56,813 nt of DNA from Gonapodya sp. JEL0774 (taxonomy: Eukaryota). The notes beneath the pieces were generated by a model. That model was given only the letters and a program-made list of their open reading frames with translations. It was not told the origin of the DNA and did no database searches. Where the stretch lies: positions 1-56,813 of the forward strand of contig JADIIX010000143.1 of assembly GCA_027604505.1 (NCBI GenBank), written 5' to 3'. Made by a program: the position numbers and the translations under genes. Shown here piece after piece: positions 11,878 through 24,610 of the stretch. The number at the start of each line of letters is the position of its first letter. The stretch's first letter is position 1.

Positions 11878-14332
11878 TCACTCTCCCTGCATATACGACT
11901 CTATCTCTTTGATCTCCTTCCCGACATACGGCCCGGTCAAATCCTCCACCCCGTTCTCTGTAACTGCGATATCATCCTCAATCCTCACGCCTCCAACTTT
12001 CGCCCTGTATCTCGACAGCACCACTGGATCGAAGTACTTGGCAAGGGCCGGATCTTGCAGAGCGGGATCGATAAGTCCGTCCACAAAGTAAATGCCAGGT
12101 TCAACAGTGACCACCATGCCAGGAGCCAGTGGACGGCGAAGTCGGAGGTACCGTAGCCCCGGCAGGGGGATGCGCGGGGTACCTGGGGGATAACCCGCAG
12201 GATCATGGACGTCGAGACTGGGAGAAGCGTGAGAGCAGGCCGAAAAGGGTGAAATTTAGGTATTTCAATATAACTCAATCCTCTCATATCTCCAAACCCC
12301 CTTGCAAACGTACCCCATCAAATGTCCCAACCCATGGGGGAAGAACACTGCTTGGACCCTTTTCTCCAGAATCTCTTCCAAATCACCCTTGAGTATGCCA
12401 AGCCGGAGGAGTCCCTTCGCGATGACTCGGTCGGCGAGGAGGTGCATGTCTTCCCAAGCCGTGCCAGGCTTCATAGTAGAGATGACCGTCTGGAGATGGT
12501 TCGTTAGATCGGGTGGTTTGATCCCAGAAATGAAAGTCCGCAGAACGGTCGAGTCATTATCAGATGTCCCTGAAACATACCTTGTTTGCCTCCAACACTA
12601 TCTCGTAGATGTCTTTCCACTCATCGAGGAACTTCCCGCCCACAGGCCAGGTGCGGGTTATGTCCGACGCCTGTGAAGAAGTGGGCATTGAATTTGGATC
12701 AAAGCGAGATGAGGAAAGCAAGAGGGTGGGAATTGTCAATCGAAGAAGTAAGAATAAGCTGGTGGCGACGTAGGGTGACGTGGGAAACGATCCGTGTTTG
12801 ATTGAAGTTCATCCCCAAATATCTCGTTCGTCTGTCGTCCCGGACACGATTTCAGGACCGAAAATCGTTGCAAATATTTGCCTAAAAGCATCTTGCGCAC
12901 TTTCTAAGGCACCCTTTGACTCATTATACTTACGTAACAGAAGTACTCGCATCCCGCATCGACTAGAACCAAGTCGCGAGGGTCGGCTGGCAACGGCCCC
13001 CGGTTGCGAATATAGTCTGGCGGCAGAGTAAAGCAGGAAGGGTGGGAAGTTGGTGAAGGAAGACGGGAACCGGTAACCACCGGCGAAAGTACCGGTCAGC
13101 ACGTGAGGACAGGTCGGGGGACTGGAGCGACAGCAGTGATCACACGCTCTCAACTGGCACGAAGTTCTCTGAATAAACACATCCCATCAAGCAGTCCAGG
13201 CCACTCCTTTTTTTTTCCAGCTATCCTTCTCCCAACCCGGCTCAGACGCTACTCACGCAACGTTGCACCGTGACATCCCCCTCCTACGATGGGCATATAC
13301 GCCTGAAAAGCCGCACCCCTCTTTGCTGTTTCGTAGACAAACAAGGCGTAGAGCTCATGTTCCGTTACGGCGCCCTTGATGGCCACAGTTCTCATGAGCG
13401 CGCGGTGCGCCTCTCCAGAGAGCATGTTGGCTGTTCGGATGAGGGAGATTTCGAGCGGCGATTTGTAAAGGCGAGTAGTGGAGAGAGACAGGGTGACTGT
13501 TTCAGAAGTAGGCGGGTCCGAGACATAAGGAGTCAGGGAGGTCGGGAACGTGAGGGGGATGGGGTGGTAGGAAGGGACAAAGAGTTTGAGAGGATTGGTG
13601 GACGTGCGGGTCTTCGACTCGAGCAATGAGAGTGCCAAAGTAGGGAATTCGGTATCGTAAACAACGTCGTCGACACCGTAAGTAACTTTGAGCACCTCGT
13701 TCGGAGGGTTATCTCCGCTCCACAATGTGTGATCCACATCGTACTTGGGAGCTAAGAGTATGGCGTGGCCCTTGGAGTGATGATCGGAGAAATGAATAAG
13801 GAGGGAGAAGTCGGGGAGATTGACGCCAGTGAGGTAGAAAAAGTTGGATTCTTGGCGGAAGGGTTGTTCCCCGTCGGTGTTGTAACGGTACGCAACCTTG
13901 AAGGACGTAAGGAGCAGAGAGACCAAGTTGACGTGTGAATATTTCAACAACAAACAAATGAGACGTGAAATGCCGATTGCCGACTCTCTACAATCACTTT
14001 GAACGCTCTGCACACTCTTCGTATCGTATCATACGCACCTTGCCGCCTACGATGTACAACAAGCCCTCGGCCACGTGAAGATCAGCCTTCAGTCTTTGTA
14101 TGAATCTTTCCCTATTGCCCTTTGCAACCTCTCGAAAAGAGTCTTCGTTTATGGTTGGATGAACAGGCACCTGGACGACAGATCCATCCTGGGTGCGCGC
14201 CGGTGCCTTTGGAAACAGAGACGAATCAGGCGTTGGCATGACGGCGTGATCCTCATGGACGCTGTGGTCGCCATGGGCATGTCCACCGTTGGTGTGGTGA
14301 TGGTGATCGTGACTGTGTCTGTTGGACGTCAT
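11878..14332 (-). CDS. Xaa-Pro dipeptidase/aminopeptidase (M24B, prolidase/PepP family)
   Basis: Spliced motifs FRQESNFFYLTG, LVDAGCEY, ASDITRTWP, FFPHGLGHLMGLDVHD, VTVEPGIYF and GGVRIEDD; His-rich N-terminus. Confidence 0.95.
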
Positions 14333-14785
14333 ATGGTGTAGCTGTAATCGGCGAAGTGGATCCTGACTATAAAAAACGGATTGCACTCGGCCGGATTCGA
14401 TGTGCTTGAGCTAAACCTCTCGGTTGTTGCTGGTGTGCGTATCGGAATCGGCTGTTCAGTAATTCCAGGGACCAATTGCACAGTCTCGAGTCACATGTGT
14501 TATGAGTGCACTACTTAAGGACATGGAATACTGTAATTGCTTCTAGTTATGTAAGCGACTGTTAGATGCTGTTCATTCAGCAGGTGAGGAAATGACCACC
14601 AAGTTTGTTGCTCGAGTGAGCGGGGGCTCACGAGAAAAAGTATCTCAAAAGAGGACGGGGTCACCTTCCCTCTCTTGTGTGAACAGGAGAATATGATGTG
14701 TTGTGCGCGGAGCGATGGTCGGTGAAATCACTTGAGATCCTTCGACGATCACTGTTTTGTCCCACTTTCCCCAACACCGCAGAAC

Positions 14786-16550
14786 ATGTCGAGTGTCCAA
14801 GAAATCCAGTTGATCGAAGCCGTAGAAGCTGGAAACAGACTACGTGTCTGCGAATTGCTGGCTCAGGGCGAAAACGCGAACGCGCGGAAGAGAGTCTCCT
14901 TGACCAGACGACTCACGACCAGGGAAACAAAGACCGATACGGTTGATTGCGAGTCTGTACTCGCATTGGCCATCATTTACGGTCACTTGGAGATTGTCGA
15001 AGCACTTCTGGCCATGGGTGCAGACCAGAACGCAAGCATCGATTGGAAGATTGCAGATCACAGTCCTCCTGGGCATTTCACCCCAGACAATTGGAATGCC
15101 GTGCGCTGGCACTGGACGTACACTTTTCCGAATCCTTTATGCCTGGCGGTGGGTCGTGGAGGCACAAAGAAGTACTGCCGTGGGAGCACGTTCCCTGTCC
15201 CCGACTCTTCCGACGGTGTCATACTGGTCAACAAGAACGGGGGGCATATCCATCTGGACAATCCTACGCAACTACAAGATTTCACCGTCTCATTGGCTCT
15301 CAGGTCATCCCTCTCAATTGTCGAGAAGCTCCTTCAGCATGGAGCAGTGGTGACGGACTCGGTTCTCGTCGCAGCCCGCCAACAGCCTAGCAAAGAGATC
15401 CTGCGTGCGCTAGAGCGACACCAAACGGATCAACGGAATGGTAGTGCTCGCTCCTTGCCTCCGTCCTCTACAGCAACCACTGCTGGTGCGCCACCGGTTC
15501 TGTCTTCTAGGCCATTCCCCGACAACTTGACTTCTTTGATCCGCTTCCAAACCCGGGAAATCCAAAATCCATCCAACTCCAGCCAGGAAGCTGTCACTGC
15601 AGTGCCAGCCGTAACCCCGGGTTCTTCCATCGACACTTTGGCATCCCTCGTCGCGACTCAAGCTCGGAGAATCGAAGATCTTACCACCCGCAACGAAGAG
15701 CTCTCTATCCGTGCGGCTGTTTCGGAGAGCAAAGTCAGCGAACTCGACCGGCGCATAGCGGATCTCACTCGCGATAACGCCTCTCTGACAACCGCCAACA
15801 AAGACCTCCACTCCACCATGGCCACCAAGGACGCACAGATTACATCCTTAGAGCGCGATAACGCCGTTCTTCATGCTCGTCTCGCAAATGTCACGAACCC
15901 GATTTCGCCCGTCGTTCCTGCTGCTCCAATCTCGCCTGTCACGGTCAACAGGGTCATGTACACCGTCGCCGACTTTGACGCACGGGATGGGGGTGAGCTG
16001 CAAGTGAGGGTTGGTGACGAAGTGTACGTAAAACTGTCATTCTCGGATGGATGGGCTTCGGTGAGTCTCTTGTCATTTAAATACCTAGTTCCTGCGTAGC
16101 GAGTCACCGCGCACATGCTCATCTTAAACTCTTCTGAACCTCGCTTTGTATCCATCACACCCCCCAAACCAGGGCATAAACACCGCCACGGGAGCATCCG
16201 GAGCCTTTCCGTTCGCGTGTGTCAGCGTCACGCCGCTGCTGGCTCGCATACAACCCCACCACACCTCACAATTCGCCATGCGCAACGAATCGCAATTTTT
16301 GATGCAATTCAACTCTGGGAACCCGTTCCGTCCAGTTGGACAACCTAGCTCGCGATACACTGACGACATCAACACTGTCAACAGGTCCCCTCCGCCGTCA
16401 CTGATGCGGTCACCCGGTGCCTTGGATTCACGCATGTCGCCATACGGTGGTAGTCTCGTGGTGGATGCTACCGCCACAATTGTCGGTGGGCATGGGGACA
16501 ATGAGAGTGGGACAGATACCGGACTGCTTCGGGAGCGTGGTAGGGAGTAG
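14786..16550 (+). CDS. Ankyrin-like repeats + coiled coil + SH3 protein, tandem copy 1
   Basis: ESVLALAIIYGHLEIVEALLAMGADQN; heptad region; SH3 YTVADFDARDGGELQVRVGDEVYV..SDGWAS, intron 16061-16172, GINTATGASGAFPFACV. Confidence 0.85.
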
Positions 16551-16749
16551 CCACAAACCATTGGGTTGTTTGTGATTAGGGCTGTACTTGATGGAGCTTG
16601 AGGCTGCATACATGTGGTGGCTTCATTGATCTTTGTGACTACCTTGTTGGCGTTTTTTTGTCTCCCACCGTCTTGAGTGCATGGAGGGAACAGCAAACAG
16701 AAAACGGCAAAACCTGCGACAGCAATCTCCGCAATAAATCGAACCTCCG

Positions 16750-18296
16750 ATGAGCAGAATAGAATCTCAACTCATTGAAGCTGTGGAAGGTGGTGATCCC
16801 GCACGCGTCCGGCAACTGTTGGCTGACGGGGTTAGTGTGAATGCGCGGAAGAGAGTCACTTTGAAGGTCGATCTTGAGAGTGGCGAGACCAAATCCGACG
16901 CCATTGATTGCGAGTCAGCACTGACACTTGCCATTCTCCATGGTCACTTGGACGTGGTCAGAGCGCTGCTGGCCCACGGTGCCGACCCCAACGCAACATG
17001 CGAATGGCGCATTGCAGACCACGAATCAACCCCCTGGACATTCGCAAAATGGAACACGTACCGCTGGCTTCTAACAATAACTTTTTCGAGCCCGCTCTTG
17101 CTTGCCATCGGACGAGGGGGTCGCATGGTCGCTTCGATACCTGATCCCGAATCCGAGGATAGTGAAGACAGGTTCGACGTCACAATGGAAACGCACCACA
17201 AACTTCAAATCAACCTTAAAGGAGGAGACGTTCGCCTTGAGAACCCCACCGATGCACGCGGAGCATGTGTCGACTTTGCCATGCGTAGGTCACTAGACAT
17301 TGTGAAGTTGCTGCTTGAGCACGGCGCAGTCGTCTCGGATTCAATCGTCGCCACAGCACGGAAGGTTCAAGATACCCAGTACGCTGAATGCCTCGAGCAA
17401 TATCTCATCAACCAACGGAATCCCGTGCCAGTTATGCCACATAACCCTTTTATAAATGGCATGGACTCTTATTTTGCCCTTCTAGCAACGAAGGATCAAA
17501 AGAACGATCAATTGACTACTCGGATCGAAGAATTATCTGTGCGGTGCGCCCTCGCGGAGAGTAAAGTGGAAGGTCTGGCGGAACGCGTTGGAGACCTCCT
17601 CAGCGAAAACTCTTCACTTAAATCATCCAACCAAACTCTGAACACCGAGAACCAAGCACTCTTATCAAAAAGCGCCACCGATATCATGAAGATCTCGTTT
17701 CTTGAGCGGGAGAACGCCTTGCTGCGTTCACAACTGTCATCGCTTTCCCCTCCGGCACCGCGACCAACCCCGCTGTCGCCTTACAACATCAAGAAGATCA
17801 TGTTTGCAATCGCTGACCATGACGTTCGTGATAATGATGAATTGCGCATCGCTGTTGGTGACGAGGTCTATGTGAACATGGGATATTCAGACGGTTGGGC
17901 TTCGGTGAATCATGAGAGCCTCCCCTTAATTTCTAAGCGGTCAACACCTGGTTAATTCTCGATCATTTTGCCATTGTATATGTACAGGGTTTCAACACTG
18001 CGAGTGGGGTTTCTGGTTTCTTCCCACTCGCCTGTGTCAGCTCGCAACCTAGTACTGAGCCCACAATCCTGCGACGCGTCCAGCCATCCCTCTCGACCCT
18101 TCGCCACGATTCTCGTATCGCCAACCAAACACCGACACCTAGTCCATTCCGAGCGGTCTTTTCTCCGACCCGCGTATCATCACAGTTCGATACTGCCATT
18201 ACCAATCCCCAGAGCTATGGAGCCGCAGGATCGGCTTCCGGTGCTGACGATGGGGAGCGCTTCTCGCATGCTAAAGCAACGGCTAGTACGCAGTAG
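16750..18296 (+). CDS. Ankyrin-like repeats + coiled coil + SH3 protein, tandem copy 2
   Basis: Clear paralog of copy 1 (NARKRV..DCES.L.LAI..GHL). Intron at the same position, 17905-17987 (DGWAS|GFNTASGVSGFFPLACV). TAG at 18294-18296. Confidence 0.85.
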
Positions 18297-18782
18297 GATC
18301 GTGTCAGTGGATTTTGGGACTGACTGGCGGCGTTTTGAAGAAGAAGGGCAAATATCTCAACAATCTTTCACACATCCTATATATCGCAGATGCCAATTGT
18401 CAAATTGTTTCGTACTCGTTTAATTTAATGCGCTGTACAGTTGCATCGCCTGGTCCCTCCTGGTCCTGATGATCCGCGGGGAAACGGAAATGACGGTGAA
18501 TAGGAAGTCACAGTGTCCGCGGCATCCACATATCATCCGCTCCCGGATCCAAAAGAATGAAAACCTAGCTCCCGTGCCCCATGTCAGCATGCAAAGTGCT
18601 ACTCGCAGAGCCATTTTGCCGTCAACGAATTTCCGTGAGCATCGTGTTCAGCGTTTGTCTTGGCAATACCACAATATCCCAGTATCTGTCTGACTCAAAA
18701 AATCCTCTCTCCCCGTGAAAGCGTCCGAAATTTGGGCTGGCACCGTAACCAAGTGAAAATAGCGTAAGGCGAGTTGAGGAGG

Positions 18783-19375
18783 TCAGTGAGAATGCTTCTG
18801 CTCACACGAGCAAGGGTGAGCAAAGACGGAATAGGGAGAGCGCGGCCCGCTCAAGTAGGTTGAATGTAAATACTTCAGCTTTGACGGACATCGCATGAGA
18901 TCCCTCGTTGCAGAATCGCTGGGCAAACTCGAGAACCGGCGTACTTCCACTTGTCTCCTAATTACAGCCATCTCCGCAGAATCCAGGAGTGTCTTCTGCC
19001 CAGCACGCTAACCAAGCAATTCCACCATGTCCAGGAGGTCCCGTTCCACTGAGTGAAGAGGGCGGCGGTTGTTTGTAATATGTAAATGTAGGCGGATACT
19101 CCGGTCCTCAGCAGCCGCCTCACAACGCGTCGCATTGCACAACTTCTCATCAGCACTCCTTGCGGAGCGCAGTACCTGGCGATCCGGCGTAACGGATCGC
19201 GCAAAGTGCGAGTGTTTGCGACAAGACGTACAAGGCGACCGGAAATCGCTGGCTTGGGGAGTCCAAGGCGGTGATTGCTCCAGTGGAAGGAGAGAAACAT
19301 GGAAATGGTGGATGGCAAGTCGAATAGGCGGAAAGGTCTGCCGGTCTGGGCAGTCTGCAACATGGTGCCTTCCAT
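18783..19375 (-). pseudogene. Truncated, frameshifted paralog of the 9839-11650 F-box-like/ankyrin gene
   Basis: PFRLFDLPST..HWSNHRLGLPKPAIS matches FRLLDLPAP..RWTDHRLGLPTPALS. In another frame LHSVERDLLDMVELLG*RAG matches LHTVERGLLDAVALLGGRAG and contains a stop. Confidence 0.75.
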
Positions 19376-19597
19376 GTCCATTCGAATGAATGTCACCATC
19401 CAAGGGGGGCCTTCTGCCATCAATACTAAATCAAGCATAGCAGCTGGTGGTAAATCGTCATCAGATTTCAGAATCTCGGTTTTGGTGGTAAAAATCTTTT
19501 CATGCTCACGCACCACACCACTGCAGTTGGTGTCCACATAGTGTCCCAAAAGGCGGAGAGTGTGTGTTGTGACTGTCTGAACAGCTTCGCTCGAACG

Positions 19598-21752
19598 ATG
19601 GTAAACTGCTCTCGTTGTGATAAACTTCTCGAAAAGCCCCCAGTCTGTAGTCGATGCAAGGAAGCGGCGTACTGCGGTACTGATTGTCAGAAGCGTGCAT
19701 GGTCATCATCTCATAAAAGCACTTGCAAAAAGTCCTTGAACAAAACTCCCGAATCAGCTCCACCAATCGCTCGCTCGTCCTCCTCCCTTGGCTTGGGGCT
19801 AAAGATCGAAGCTGGCGGGAACATTGGCATGATGGACGAAGGCGAGGACAGCAAACTTGATTTTCTCACCAAGATGAACTCAACATTGGAGGTCGCATTA
19901 CGCTCTGGCAGAATGCCGAAAGGGAACTATCTCAAGTCCATGGATCTCCTTCGGGTTCTTCATGCGTTCCAGAAGGAATACTCAAGAACTTACAAAGGTT
20001 CTCCCCGTTCACTCAGGCGAAACTGAAGATCAACAAGGAGAGCTGCATGATCCACCGTTTTGTACGATTTCGCACCCTTGTTAAAGGCATTGATGCGGGC
20101 ATTCCCATTCATCCATTTTGTGCGGATTCTCCTGAATGAAAGTAAAGGACGTCCAGCTCTTAGAGGGCGCGTGGGAGTATCAACGTTCGCAGTTTTTCAC
20201 GAATCGTCTCTTACAAATGAGTAGCTGAGTGGTACTCTCACATACAGTGACCCCAGCAATATGGCTCAGCGGTGGGGAGAGATCTCGATGAAGTTTTCCG
20301 GATTTTGAAGTCGGCAAAACCTGATGATATTTTTCCGATGCATTCTAGTATTTCGGATGGGAACTCGTACGACGACAAGTTCTCACGCGCTGTCGGGAAT
20401 GTCGTAGCGGTACCCGACATCCTCGTACTGGGTCAAAGTCACGTGTTTATCGGTTTTGCTGATCCTGGGTTCCTCATCAACAGCAGGACAATTGGTAGTG
20501 CGGGAGCGGTCCACATTTGTTGGGTACGACGCCTCAGCATATGCAGTGGCAAAATCGCTTGTGATTTTGCGAATGTTGGAGATGAACACACCTATTGAAA
20601 GTGTTGTGCAGGTGTGGTTTTCGGAAGGCTGGGCAGACAAGACTTTGGATTGCTTCAAGGATGCTGTGAAGTCTGTTCTTACCAGAGCGTAGCCACAAAA
20701 GATTCCGATGACTTCGGACGTGAGATGTCTACTCTCCTTCTGGAGCGCTTGTTCTGCTCCAACAATCTCTGAAGCACGAAACCTCTGGTTCGGCCACCTG
20801 CGCCCATACAACAGCGATTTTGACGCAGTCACGGCGCTGGATCGCAGCGCAGACCGAGACGCATTTAGTCGATACCTGCTCACAGGCGACGTATCGGAGT
20901 CGTTAGGTTTTACCACCACTTTCAATTCTACCGTGGGCAGCGTCACGTTCTGTTGCATTCCACCAGGCATTTTGCCTGTTGGTCTGGACCCATTTTATCA
21001 TCGGCTGCCAGTACTTTCGTGGTTGGGAACCTGACTACCCAGCCCCCGTCCCTCATGCACATCATCCGGGACAATCTTTATTCGTCTGAAAGCTGCGCAA
21101 GCTGAGATTTTTGCTCGTACCCTTTGTATCTCGCTCCATCAGCAGATGCTCACCATGTCTTCAACTTCAACATTCTCCGCGATTTGATCTTTGGATCCGT
21201 ACTTGATCAATTGGAGCAACCTCCCCCGACTACTTCTCCCCCGAGAATTTCCACATCATGGCTCGAGCATGTTCGGGTTCTCAAACTGGTCATACAGGTT
21301 ATTCCATGAATTGGTCTCGCCGAGTCTTTGGAGCAGAGATCGGCGACTACCGTGCTCAGTTTCGAAAGAACATGCTTGATGTGGGACGGAAGGGTAATCA
21401 ACAAGCATACTCAATAATGGATCGGCATGCCAGGCTCTTGAGGCGAGATGTAGACGCAACCAATCCAAGAAACTTTGCGAACATTCCATTGACAGTGCAG
21501 TATTCGAAGATTTGGCTCGAGTGGTTCTTTAGGGGTCAGGTGAGTGGCATTGCCTAAATGTTTTGAGTTTTGGAATCGGTGTTTGATTCGGAAAGTGACT
21601 TCCACCTTGACGCATTTTGTTTGCATCAGAACGTCTCTCGAATGCAATTTCCAAGCACCCCATTTATAGATCCGTTTGCCGGACGCAACTCGAATGTCGT
21701 ATTCGGATTCAGCTTCGACACATCGCTCAAGCTCAATACTTTGCTGATGTGA
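19598..21752 (+). pseudogene. MYND zinc-finger protein with a large unassigned C-terminal region, broken by frameshifts and stops
   Basis: MYND motif CSRC..CSRCKEAAYCGTDCQKRAW..HKSTC. Coding-like frames alternate (20272, 20456, 20708, 21258, 21570), with an in-frame TAG at 20690-20692 and few usable splice sites. Confidence 0.7.
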
Positions 21753-22454
21753 CACTGCCGGAGGGATTAAATGAGACAGCTCACTTGGCAAATTGAGCGG
21801 TAACAAATGGTACGCTGGAATGCCTTAAGATGGATTCATTTTCAATAAAGTAGTACCATTGGGAAGAAATTTGTTCACCCATTTTATCTCGGACGCACTA
21901 CATCATACCATGCTGAATGGACTCGCGTGGGTCGGACAGTAACCTGACACGCAGTAATATATGTGTATGCGATATTCTGTGCCCCTGCTGCATAAGGTGT
22001 TCAATGACTTCGTCGCATCACCACACGTTGAGTCTCTTGCGACGATCCGATGGATCTGTCGTTATGTAACCTAAACTCATGAGGGTAATTACTTGTTGGA
22101 CGCACAGAGGGCCGGGACCTACCGGCATACAGTCAACGAGACAGCATACCCGTATCAAAGTTGCTTATAGATTACTAGGGCCGGGTTCCTCATCTCCTAG
22201 TCTATCTATCTTTATTAATTTTTCCTAGTATCCCTATCTTGTCATCAGCCCATTTCTAGAGAAAGGCTGTACGGCTTCTCCTAGTCTACCTGTATATATT
22301 GGTACAGCAGGTTGCCCAACCAGAATCCTCAGCAACCTGGAGGCCACCGTATTGGTTCCCAGGAGGCTCCTGCGTGCTGCCGCGAAAACCTTTGCATCAG
22401 AAATTACATCTCTGTTAGGTTATCCAGGCGAGTAAGGAGGTGCGCTGGAGAGTG

Positions 22455-24077
22455 ATGCCCTCCTCAGCAGATCTCCTTCGGCACCGGTTGGTATTCGATT
22501 CGCTGGCCAAACTACGGGGCAGACGTACTCATCGTTCACAAAAACTGCCATTCAGAATCGACGGGATCCAACCGCAGACCATCACGGAACTTTCATCGAT
22601 TGATCGCGGGTGGTGTGAATTCACAGCATCCTTCTTGTGTCAACTATCAGAGGAAGAGGTGCGTCAACCACATGTCTCCCAAATTGGTGAGGTTTCGAGG
22701 AACGCCGACCTTTTGGAACATCTTTCCCACATGTTACAGAGCGATAACCTGCCAGTGCCAAGCTATTTCAATTTTCACTCCCACGTGAATGCAACAAGTG
22801 AGTCGAGTTTCTCCGGCGCAGGCACTCGGACCTGAAGATCCCTTGAAAGAAGCACGTGTCGAACCCACTTTAATCCATACTTCTCACGAATTAGTGCGCA
22901 GAAAGCTGGTCGAGTGGCTTACTGGTGAGTCTTTGCTTCGAAAAGTGTTGCGGTTAATATATATAAATATTACCAAAATTTTGTCCGATGTGTACACACT
23001 CCAGATATCAAAAATGAAATGAAGTTGCATTCCCACACACTGGCGCTAGCAGTCTTCCTTATCGACTTTTATCTGAGCTATCGGGTGATTCCGCAAGAGG
23101 ACTTGTAAGTTGAGCCGCATGAACCTCATTGTTTTCGAGTGACTCACAATTATATTTCATGAACATAAAGGCAACTCGTCGGTGCTGTCGCATTACTCGC
23201 TGCCTCAAAGTATCAAGAAGTTCCTTCCAAACAGTTGAACGTCGCAACAGTCATTGGATTATGCTGCGCTATATATCGACGAGATACAGTTTTGAAGATG
23301 GAGCGCCGACTATTGTCCGTCGTAGACTACAATTTCAGTTGGATAAGCCCCGCATCTTTGCTCGATATCGTCACGGGTGAGAATCCTCTAAGACAAGGAA
23401 TGGAAGGACCGATCTCAGCTCCACTTGTGTATGATTCGAATGCATCTTCTTATGTAAGCCGGACATGGAGAGCGATGCCTATGGAAACCTCAAATGGAGC
23501 AGATGATACTCGGTTGTTTGCATCTCTACGTATCCATACACAACTGGTCGTTCTTGCTCATCGTGTTCTCGAGAATTCTCTGCAACATGCCCAGTTTATC
23601 GGGATAAAAAGCTCCACTCTCACAGTTGGGTCATTGCTGGCAGCGGATCGACTTCTTATGTTGAGTCAGCAACAAAAGCGGACTCTGCTGGTGAGACGTG
23701 CTTGTCCAAGAACCGATTTGCAACTCTGCAGTGCTGCGCCATCCCCTTTCGCAGAATCCCACACTCACCTTCCAGTTGATCTCCATTATAAACTGCACCG
23801 ACTCCAATGTATCCAACATTGCATTTCATCTCGCTGATACCAGCGTGGTAGATGGTCTGGTTGTCGTGGACGTTATCCCAGGAGCTGGGGGGAATGTTGC
23901 ACCGCCGAATACCTTCTTGGGGACACATTACCACCTGACACCGCAGGTAAGGTGAGCGTTTGACGAGGAACATACCTGTCTTCATGATTGGCCTTGCTCT
24001 CTTTCATCAAGGACTTTGTTCCAAACTGCGAAGTTCGAAAGCGTCGACTCTCCACAATATTCAACATCAAACTATGA
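22455..24077 (+). CDS. Cyclin with an A/B-type cyclin box, divergent; start uncertain
   Basis: Introns 22798-22894, 22925-23004 and 23105-23170 give PVPSYF..NATMRRKLVEWLTDIKNEMKL...TLALAVFLIDFYLS....EDLQLVGAVALLAASKYQE...VLKMERRLLSVVDY. Confidence 0.85.
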
Positions 24078-24610
24078 CCACCACGGAATACCATGAGAAG
24101 TTCGAGGACAGGCAACACCTAACAACAAGTCATCACATTGATGGCAGTCGCATCTGAAAGCTTTTGGTCTTGTAGGAGACGCAGTTCTGTATGTATGTAA
24201 GGGGTTGGTGGGAATCTCCTGTGCACATTCGCAAGAGCTGCGACATCGGCCCTGATCAATGTGACTCGTAAAAAGCGACATGCCCCCTGTTAACATGTTG
24301 TTCATGAAGGCAAGTGTCATTCAAATTCGTCAGTACCTATTTCGAAATATCAACTGTAATCGGCCAGCACACGGCGCGTTTCTACACATTTGGAAAGAAG
24401 TTTCCAACATGATGTAGCCATTTGCGCGGAATCACCTTTTTTAACCATTTTCCGTAGGCGGCGTCTGGAGTAACAATTGGGGACGGTTCATGCTGGGTGT
24501 TGTCCGTCTCAACGACACAATACTCGTCACGTGTATCTGGCCTCCCACTCCTCAAAGAAGAACGATATTTGGTTTATACGGCGAATCCAGAAACTGAATC
24601 TTATTGGGCG

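Noticed and set aside
19598..21752. In-frame stops as possible selenocysteine recoding (some early-diverging fungi use Sec)
   Set aside because: The lesions include a TAG and several frameshifts, none falls at a redox Cys-like motif, and I saw no SECIS.
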